Shown piece by piece: positions 56,680-64,000 of a stretch of DNA of 64,000 bases. The stretch is taken from NCBI GenBank assembly GCA_000004985.1, contig GG738915.1. The stretch is one strand, 5' to 3'. Source of the stretch: Naegleria gruberi (taxonomy: Eukaryota). Position 1 is the stretch's first letter. Every line of letters begins with the position of its first letter. A model generated the notes under the pieces. That model was given only the letters and a program-made list of their open reading frames with translations, was not told the origin of the DNA and did not search any database. Both the position numbers and the translations under genes were made by a program.

Positions 56680-59600
56680 TCAACAGTCGTTTAATAAACG
56701 TTCTTGATGTCTCTTGTTAAATTCAACATGGTCCAATAAGTGAGTGACAATATTTTGAGATTGTTGGGCTTCATAGTACAATGCTTCTTGGGGTGAGCTC
56801 TCTCTTTGAATATCTTGCTGTTCATCATGATCATCTGAGTATTCTTCGTCCATGAAAGATCTAGGGTGTGAAAAACTAAGACCTCTATTACTAAGTGTAT
56901 TATGTGAAATAGAGGAAGATCGACTATTGTAAAAGTCCTCCCTGGATGTGAATTTGGCAAGGACATTATTTTGGAAACGTTCAGCGTATGAAATTGGCTC
57001 CACACTACTGATACCATTTGGATCTTTTCTTAAAATCTTCGTTTTGATTAAAGTTTCCATCTTCTTATTCATGTCATAGAGCTGCAAAATATCAATTACA
57101 GAAGAGTACATGATGGCTGCTCTATTGTAAGGAGAATCCAAGTCTATAACTTGAATTCCTCCCTTATAAGTTTTGTGGAATGGCTCATAAAACTTAATCT
57201 CATTTGGTAAACTTTCCACACTAATAACAGCTGGGTCATCTTCAGCTAAACCTAGAAGGAGCGAATAATCCATAATCTTGAGAGATTTGAGAAAGTTGGA
57301 ATCAATAGTCAATTGTTGTTTGAATCTTTCATAAATTGCCTTATTTTCAAAAATTATTTTACGCTTTCTAGTAAAATCATTATCAAGTAATAACTTGTTT
57401 CTGTTTTGAACATGACTGGCATATGCATCCTCAGCATTGGATGTAGATTTGAATTTAAGAGTATTGGCATAACCATCAAAGGTAGGAAGGTTGTTTCTGT
57501 TAATCCAACTTCCTTTCAAGTCAAACTTGGTATAGACACTCATTGGATCATATTGTGCTCCACGATCCTTTGCTAATCTACAATTCAAAGCATTGTTAAT
57601 GACAATAAATTTGATTTTAAAGTTGGCTGTCATTTTCAATTCATAAATACCAAATATTTTCACAATAAATGTATCTCTAAATGTTGTGTAATGCTTGTAA
57701 AAGAATTGAATATTGTCCAATAGTAATTTCAATTCATCATCATTAATAGTCTTGATCATAAATTGAGAATCGTAAGTGAATAGGAAGAAACTACCTGACT
57801 TTCCTTCACTGAAATTATTTCTCACAGATTCCAACACTACAGAAGTTGGTTCAAAAGATCTCTTGTAAGATTCCATAATAGAATGAATATCTGCTGAACC
57901 AGTAAGATTATCAACAAAGTAGTAGCTTCTCAAGTGATGGAAAGCTGTTGGATAATACTCAGTGACACTAATCTTGTGTTTTGTAACAAGGTTGTAAAGT
58001 CCAGGATGTGTTTTGGATCTCAGAGATGGATGGAAGAGTTTCTTCATTAGTGGAGAACCGTACAGAGTATTTCTATGAGAGGTCAATTCAGATTCTGAAT
58101 AATTGAATTGTTTGATAATGTCTTCACATTCATGAGCTTGTTTCATACAGTGTTGAGTAGCCAACAAGACACAAAAAATCAAATCTCTTCTGACCATATA
58201 GTCAATGGCAACGTTTGAAAGAGAATCCTCAAAGAATTTTTGATCTTGTTGTGATAGATATTTCAAGAAACGTTCTTGGTCTGCTTCAGAACCCTCATCC
58301 ATAATACCTTCGAAGAGTAATCTTTGATGGTAAAGTGATTCCTTAGCTTTTTCAATGGCCATTCTTCTTCTAGAGAGAAGATCGAGTTCCTCATCCACAG
58401 CAACACCTTCCGCTAAAATGGAAGTATAGAGTGTTGAGCTTTTGATAACACCCTTCTTCTTGATTCTATCGAGAATATTTTGTCCCTCATCGTTTTCTGT
58501 AAGCATACAAAGAAAGTCCTTAAATTTCTTAATATGTCTCAAAATGATAGGATCTGAAAGTAAGATTAGTGACAAAATGAGACCTTCAATACTCGATACA
58601 ATAATTGAAATATTACGAGCAATAATTGTGAAAATAGTAATTCCAGCATCACTAAAGTCCTCCCCTTTTTGTTTCAATTCAGAAATCTTACCCTTCAAAA
58701 TAACACTTGAAAGTAAAGTTCCCAATAAAGAAATGCCAATAACACCACTGAAAATACATTGTCTAATAATGATACCATTTCTTAATTTTTGAGTACCTGG
58801 TAAACCTCTTCTCAAACTTGACCAAACATATAAACAAATACCAATACCTATAATGGCCATAATACCATTGATACCATAGATGGCATAACCAATATATAAT
58901 TCATCAGGAAGAATTGAACATGCCTGATTGTTTTGTGTTAGTGTACTCTCAACTACAGATCCTACAATTGCAAGAATGGTGAGTGTCCACATGCAAATAT
59001 GATACATGATGTGTTTTTTCTTATTTCCCTTGATGGGATTCGTAGCAACATTGAGTAAATCCAATACAATGCAAAATCCATAACAATATGAGCAAAAATT
59101 AAATCCATATTCGAATATAGCAACAACTATACACATGTTTGGTTCATAGATCGTCTCTGGAAAGTGTAAAATTAGCAATATGAGAAAGTGTTTCACGCAA
59201 CTGAGAGCTTCAGTGGCCAGAAAAGCCATAATGAGAGCAAAATTCTTTCTACCTCTCAATTCAGCAAGTCCAACAAAGGCCACCATCAATATGATACAAA
59301 AGCAAAAGCTTAATGCTGCAAACACCAATTCAAAATAGGAGCACACTCTTGCCAAGAGTGCTATCCTCATCATTAATAAATCCATGGTAGGATCAGTTGA
59401 ATTTGTTCCATTATTATTTGAAGAATTATCAAGTAATACCAAGTGTTCCATTGTTGTAAATTCATTTTTCCAAAATTCGTCAATTCCAATTTTAAAAGTT
59501 GCTGCACCTTTTCGAGAGTGAATGAATGAATCGTAATTATCATCATCCTGATGTTCCTCCTCCTCATGATCATCGTAATGAAAAGGCAGTGAATTAGAAG

Positions 59601-59964
59601 GGGTGGTAAATCGATCTCTAAACAGACTTGTCTTTAATTTGTTACTATACATTTGGTGAATAGAATTTTGATTTGATAAACTTGTATGATCCGGTGTTAA
59701 ATTATTGTTACTCGAAAGGCTAAGAGATGGTCGGATGATAACTACATGATGAAGAAATAATAAACATGAAAGGAGGAGAAGGAAAAGGACAATATACAAG
59801 GAGGTAGTCATGATTGTTGAAAAGGAACAGAATGATTTTGTTGATGAAGATGATGTACTAGTTATTCCGTCATTGCTATTCGCCTGTTGCTTTCCAGCAG
59901 CAACACTAACACAACAAGAAGAATCGGACTTGCTCGTTGTGAGTCTTGTTGGAGATGATGGCAT
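56680..59964 (-). CDS. GPCR-PIPK: N-terminal 7-transmembrane receptor-like domain fused to a C-terminal phosphatidylinositol phosphate kinase catalytic domain
   Basis: 1094-aa continuous ORF. The N-terminus has a signal/TM followed by seven predicted TM helices between about aa 195 and 480. The C-terminal about 400 aa carry PIPK signatures: GKSGSFFLFTYDSQFMIKTINDDELKLL (PIP5K GKSGSxFYxxxDxRFxIKTI) and MDYSLLLGL (activation-loop-proximal MDYSLL). The same architecture is known from Dictyostelium RpkA and oomycete GPCR-PIPKs. Confidence 0.85.
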   Translation of the reverse strand: MPSSPTRLTTSKSDSSCCVSVAAGKQQANSNDGITSTSSSSTKSFCSFSTIMTTSLYIVLFLLLLSCLLFLHHVVIIRPSLSLSSNNNLTPDHTSLSNQNSIHQMYSNKLKTSLFRDRFTTPSNSLPFHYDDHEEEEHQDDDNYDSFIHSRKGAATFKIGIDEFWKNEFTTMEHLVLLDNSSNNNGTNSTDPTMDLLMMRIALLARVCSYFELVFAALSFCFCIILMVAFVGLAELRGRKNFALIMAFLATEALSCVKHFLILLILHFPETIYEPNMCIVVAIFEYGFNFCSYCYGFCIVLDLLNVATNPIKGNKKKHIMYHICMWTLTILAIVGSVVESTLTQNNQACSILPDELYIGYAIYGINGIMAIIGIGICLYVWSSLRRGLPGTQKLRNGIIIRQCIFSGVIGISLLGTLLSSVILKGKISELKQKGEDFSDAGITIFTIIARNISIIVSSIEGLILSLILLSDPIILRHIKKFKDFLCMLTENDEGQNILDRIKKKGVIKSSTLYTSILAEGVAVDEELDLLSRRRMAIEKAKESLYHQRLLFEGIMDEGSEADQERFLKYLSQQDQKFFEDSLSNVAIDYMVRRDLIFCVLLATQHCMKQAHECEDIIKQFNYSESELTSHRNTLYGSPLMKKLFHPSLRSKTHPGLYNLVTKHKISVTEYYPTAFHHLRSYYFVDNLTGSADIHSIMESYKRSFEPTSVVLESVRNNFSEGKSGSFFLFTYDSQFMIKTINDDELKLLLDNIQFFYKHYTTFRDTFIVKIFGIYELKMTANFKIKFIVINNALNCRLAKDRGAQYDPMSVYTKFDLKGSWINRNNLPTFDGYANTLKFKSTSNAEDAYASHVQNRNKLLLDNDFTRKRKIIFENKAIYERFKQQLTIDSNFLKSLKIMDYSLLLGLAEDDPAVISVESLPNEIKFYEPFHKTYKGGIQVIDLDSPYNRAAIMYSSVIDILQLYDMNKKMETLIKTKILRKDPNGISSVEPISYAERFQNNVLAKFTSREDFYNSRSSSISHNTLSNRGLSFSHPRSFMDEEYSDDHDEQQDIQRESSPQEALYYEAQQSQNIVTHLLDHVEFNKRHQERLLNDC

Positions 59965-60135
59965 TATTTTGTGATAGTGAGTGTTGTGTCTGCAAACGGA
60001 TAATAATTAGTGAAAAGGTAATCATGCGATAGATTTTTTATGAATTTAAAAAAAGACATCACACAATACTGACAATTCCTGTCTACAAGGAATTTACAAC
60101 ATTGGGATGTCTCATTCAACTAAGGCTAAAATCTT

Positions 60136-60695
60136 TTATTTGTATTCCAATAAATTACTAAAAACCCATCTAACAACAGATTTGGCCACCACGGGTTCAC
60201 AATTAATTTCTTTGACAGCATGTGCAGTCTTGGCTTCTTTATCACCATTAAAACTAATCAAAGCATCCACAACATTCTCCAAAACATATCCTTTCAGGGT
60301 TGTGTTGGGAATATCTTCTTTACTGATACCAATCCCTCCTTTATTCCTTGGAGTGAGTAATATTGTCTTGATTGATTCAACTGACCATGTTGTGCAATCA
60401 GTTTTATCATACTTGAATGAATCGATTTGAAAGGTATTAACAGCTCTTTGTAGGGTTGGAGTATGTTTGATTTGTTTTGGTGGTGATGTAACTTTTGGTT
60501 TGTTTTTATGGGCATCATGAACAATATAAGGATCGTTGATCTAGCTGCTGACACAATATTGTCTCCAATTGTTGGCCTTGTGTTAAATTGTCTTCTTATT
60601 TGGCACCTTACCGGAAATATTTTAGCGAAGGCTGTGAGTGTTCTTTTTGCATGTTGTTTTGGTGGTATGTCCACCTCCATTTCTATAGCCACCAT
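60136..60695 (-). CDS. Hypothetical ~162-aa protein, 2 exons: 60695-60612 and 60540-60136
   Basis: ATG at 60695. Exon 1 (MVAIEMEVDIPPKQHAKRTLTAFAKIFP) ends at a GTAAGG donor. A 71-nt intron (60541-60611) ends at a CAGCAGCTAG acceptor. Exon 2 (405 nt) runs open to a TAA at 60136-60138 (INDPYIVHDAHKNKPKV ... TPRNKGGIGISKEDIPNTTLKGYVLENVVDALISFNGDKEAKTAHAVKEINCEPVVAKSVVRWVFSNLLEYK). The listed ORF 60294..60734 reads exon 1 plus the intron. No family assigned. Confidence 0.4.
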
Positions 60696-60850
60696 TTTTC
60701 TTTTAAAAGTATTTTCGAAAGAAATAGCCGCCAAAAATAGATACTGTCAGCAAGTTTTAAACTTAATTTCCAAAGTCACACAATAAAAAACTTTCTTCCT
60801 TAATATTCAACAACAACAATACTGCTACAGCATAAAATCAAAAGTTTATA

Positions 60851-60931
60851 CGCAGACTGCAGGATTCGAACCTACGAAGGTTTCCCCAACAGATTTCAAG
60901 TCTGTCGCCTTAACCACTCGGCCAAGTCTGC
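60851..60931 (-). tRNA. tRNA-Ser (anticodon UGA) with long variable arm
   Basis: The reverse complement GCAGACTTGGCCGAGTGGTTAAGGCGACAGACTTGAAATCTGTTGGGGAAACCTTCGTAGGTTCGAATCCTGCAGTCTGCG has a 7-bp acceptor stem, a GCCGAGTGGTTAAGGC D-arm, an ACAGA/TCTGT anticodon stem with loop CTTGAAA, a variable arm of about 14 nt and a GGTTCGAATCC T-arm. Confidence 0.8.
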
Positions 60932-61074
60932 TACATATATTTTCGCCATTTTTGCTTAAGGGCTCCACTACAATCACATGGATTAATTTTTTTGCTCATT
61001 TTGTTCTCTTTAGAATTTCCTTTTTCGGAGAGATATCATGAATACAACTGATAACTTTTTTGTTAACAATGTAT

Positions 61075-61147
61075 GCGCAAGTAGATCAGTGGTTAGATCG
61101 TCCGCCTCACACGCGGAAGGTCGCGGGTTCAAACCCCGCCTTGCGTA
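61075..61147 (+). tRNA. tRNA-Val (anticodon CAC)
   Basis: GCGCAAGTAGATCAGTGGTTAGATCGTCCGCCTCACACGCGGAAGGTCGCGGGTTCAAACCCCGCCTTGCGTA folds with a 7-bp acceptor stem (G1-U72), T8-A9, a GATC/GATC D-stem, an anticodon stem TCCGC/GCGGA with loop CTCACAC, and a GCGGG-TTCAAAC-CCCGC T-arm. Confidence 0.85.
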
Positions 61148-61228
61148 AAATTTTATTGGGAAAAATCATTTTATTTTCAAGCATGTTTTTTGCTATTATT
61201 TTCCAATGCAAACAGTGTGAAAAGTTTA

Positions 61229-64000
61229 TTAGAGAACAAAGTTTAATGTGGAAACAACCAAAGCAATCATCAATACACCAACCATCTTCAAAGAATGAGA
61301 ATGTGAAATAATAGAAGCTCTTGGAACTTGTGGGCTTGAAAATCCACTCACTGAATTGGAGGCACCTGGCTGAACAGTAGTATCAGGTTCAACAGTTGGA
61401 TCTGCAGAAGGTCTTGTCTCTGTGGCAACATCAAAGAACAATGAGGAAACCTTAATTGGATCCTTGTCTGGACTTTCTGAAACACCACATGTAGAAACAG
61501 AGCCCCATTTCTTAATTTCACCTGATGTGATAAATCTGGAGGTTTCTTCTTGTCCCTGATCACCAATAAATCTTACATTATCCACAATCAAATCTCTGTA
61601 CGGACTTGTAGCAGTGATGGTACCAGAGAAATAGAAGGAAAATCTTTGGAATTGTTGAACTCCTGTAAAACTCAAGTCAGAGAGTGGAATTCTAACTCTT
61701 GTGAGACGAGTTTCATCAATCTTGTAGAATTGAGTATAGGTGCTGTTAGTTGTCAGAGTTTTGATTGTTGTAAATTGTTTGGTATTTGAATTGTAAGAAG
61801 CAAAGCTCATTGTCAATTCAAAAGAGCCACTGCTATTAGTTTCTCTCACAAAGAATTCGAAATACTTGTAAATGGAAGTATCAACAGCAAAAGAAGTGTA
61901 TCTGTACAATTGTAATCCACCTCTTCTGAAACTCATGTAGAATGATGAGCTTCCACATACTGGATTAATAGAGTAGGATGTATTCGAAACTACATAATCA
62001 CCACTACCTGAATTGGAATAGACTTGTGCAGTAAATCCAGTTGACTTGGAAGGATCTCCATCATTGTACAGATACAAGGCCTCTGACTCATTCTTTACAA
62101 CACAAGGTGAAGTAGTAATAACAAATGGTGGTAAATTACAAGTTCCACTACAATACAATTGGGCTCTCAAATGTCCCTTTGGATTTTCAGAACTTGAAAC
62201 CTTTACAAAAATTCTTCCTTTCAACAAGTCAACCCATTCACCATGAGATAATTGTAAACCAAATCTACTTTGAGAATATGGAGATGGAACATAGGAATAT
62301 GAAATAATTCTTTCAACAGAACCAACGGATCCAACACCCACTTCAACAAGAGTTGCCTTGTCATTCATATTATGATGCAGAATCAAATCTAACATCTTGT
62401 CATTGTAATTGAGAAAACCAAAAACTGTACCAACTGCACTACTCGATCCAGATGCTAGTGGAGTAATGGAATTTTGTTGACACATTTCCAATCGACCAAC
62501 AAATCTATCTTCCTTCAAGAAAACTCTGTAGGTTTCTCTTGGATTTTCTGGAAGACTTGGATTGGCAGTTCCACAATAATTATTTGGACAAGTGGCAGTG
62601 ATAACAATATCTTTAGAGTTACTCCATGAACCATAATCAACAAATCCATACCATTCCTTCTTATTATTTTTGGAATAGGTATTTTCAAATTTGATATACA
62701 AGTGACCAGTAGTAGAATTGAATATTATATTATGATAATATTCAGTTGGATAATTGACAACGTCTTGGAATGAATTGGACAATTTCAAAGTCTTTGGATC
62801 TGATGTAGAGGTTATAGAGAATTTAGAACCTTTTGGATATTGAATGACCATGACAACCCAATCGCCAGAAGCTGAAGATTGCATTTGTAAACTCATTGGG
62901 TTTGGAGGAGGAAGATCAAAAGCATATTTCATGGCATAGAAACCACGTGATGGAACATTGGATTGCATATAGAAAGTTCCACCAGAAGACATTCCACCAG
63001 CAGTACTTGTTTGGATGTTTCTAGTGAGGTCTGTAAGGTACATTCTTGGAATTCTTGTATTGTAGGAAATATATTCTGGATGGGAAATACCATATGGATC
63101 GATGATTACAGAACTAGTAATATTGTAATTCAAAGCTCTAAATTGAACGTAGGATTCACCAATAAATGGACAAACAGAGGCGTTGTTCCACTCTGATCTA
63201 ATTTCACAACCTTCAAAGTTTTGAATTGCATCATTACCACTAATCCATGCACCAGCAGCAACACCAGTGATCGATCCATCTATATCCATGAAAACAGCAC
63301 CCTTTCACAATATCTATTTCTGGTATGGAGCTTGAAATAATTGTCAAGATAGGACAATGCACCAGCTCTTCTATATTGATCAGTGACAAAGTTTCTAAAA
63401 GTCACATTTCTCAACAATTCAGCACCGCCGTTATCATAAGTTTCATAACCCTTAATGACCACAGTTGTTGAGGCATATAAATTTGGTCTTGTTCTATTTC
63501 CCTTATCAACATTTGGTCTCAAAGTATAGTCTCCAATATTATCCGATTCTCCAATCATGATTGAATCGGTAATGTATGAAGTACCAGGTGGAGAATTCAT
63601 CTGTCTCATATTATCAGTCAAGTACAAGTTTTTGAAAACGATATTTCCACAACGAGCCCAAATTCCATAATTTCTCAACTTGTAAGCTGTGAAATTATCA
63701 ATGAGAGCCTCAATAGATGGATAGTAACCAGCTTGTTCAGTTGTGCCATCAGCTTTTTCCATATCATCCATGAATAGTCCATTATGTCCACTGTGAGCTA
63801 CATTTCCTGAAAATGGTTTAGGTGGAGCAGTTCTTGGATTGATAGAACCTGGGGCGTACAATGAGGCACTGGCACCTGTTGGGAAAGTTGGCCTAAATAA
63901 GAATTAAAAACACTTAGGTGATCATGAATATTTTGTAAAAAACTTACATTCTAATAACAATTTGAAAATTAATCAAGTAATAAAGATGATAACTTACGTA
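61229..64000 (-). CDS. Large secreted, probably GPI-anchored cell-surface protein with a CHRD-like domain; 5' end beyond the window; contains an apparent frameshift near 63290
   Basis: Two long minus-strand ORFs (63280..63861 and 61229..63289) overlap by about 10 nt in different frames. Coding sequence continues to the window edge. The C-terminus is a Ser-rich stalk followed by a hydrophobic tail (MVGVLMIALVVSTLNFVL), typical of a GPI-anchor signal. IFVKVSSSENPKGHLRAQLY resembles the conserved C-terminal strand of CHRD domains (YVNVHT..NP.GEIRGQ). There are many N-glycosylation sequons and Cys residues. Confidence 0.45.

Noticed and set aside
1-64000. Prokaryotic-style defence or mobile systems (CRISPR arrays, restriction-modification or toxin-antitoxin operons, integrases, IS elements)
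   Set aside because: The sequence is eukaryotic nuclear DNA: spliceosomal introns, eukaryote-only genes (dynein, PLK, COPI, proteasome, retromer) and cytosolic-type tRNAs. No direct-repeat/spacer arrays, transposase or integrase ORFs, LTRs or TIRs were seen.

Overview
AT-rich (about one-third GC by eye) eukaryotic nuclear DNA that uses the standard genetic code, with TAA the usual stop codon. The window is densely packed with protein-coding genes on both strands, separated by short intergenic spacers. Introns are few and short (about 40-250 nt, GT...AG, often GTAAGT or GTATGT donors), and five tRNA genes are present. It contains no prokaryotic features (CRISPR, operonic defence islands) and no recognisable transposons. 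The gene content (axonemal dynein heavy chain, PACRG, a DRC3-like LRR/coiled-coil protein, a GPCR-PIPK fusion, many N/Q/S/T-rich low-complexity tracts, F-box/RNI-type LRR proteins, DUF4116 repeats) suggests a free-living flagellated protist such as a Naegleria-like amoeboflagellate; this is inference only. About 35 protein-coding genes can be supported. A large inner-arm-type axonemal dynein heavy chain occupies the first 13 kb. Conserved housekeeping genes are recognisable: NEMF/Rqc2, Rpn10/PSMD4, Vps29, COPI zeta, mitochondrial bL12, a mitochondrial carrier, PIG-Q, a ZIP transporter and ENSA/ARPP19. Signalling genes include a Polo-like kinase, a MAP2K, an atypical kinase, a 7TM-PIP kinase fusion and a two-TM sensor-HAMP-PAS-RGS protein. 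The most interesting items are the bacterial-style sensor/HAMP/PAS module fused to a eukaryotic RGS domain, the GPCR-PIPK fusion, a co-oriented gene triplet with 24-48 nt spacers, a mini aspartic peptidase with two DTG motifs, and three apparent single-nucleotide frameshifts in otherwise well-conserved genes (two of them at homopolymer runs). All coordinates for splice sites were derived by hand and are approximate to within a few nucleotides.
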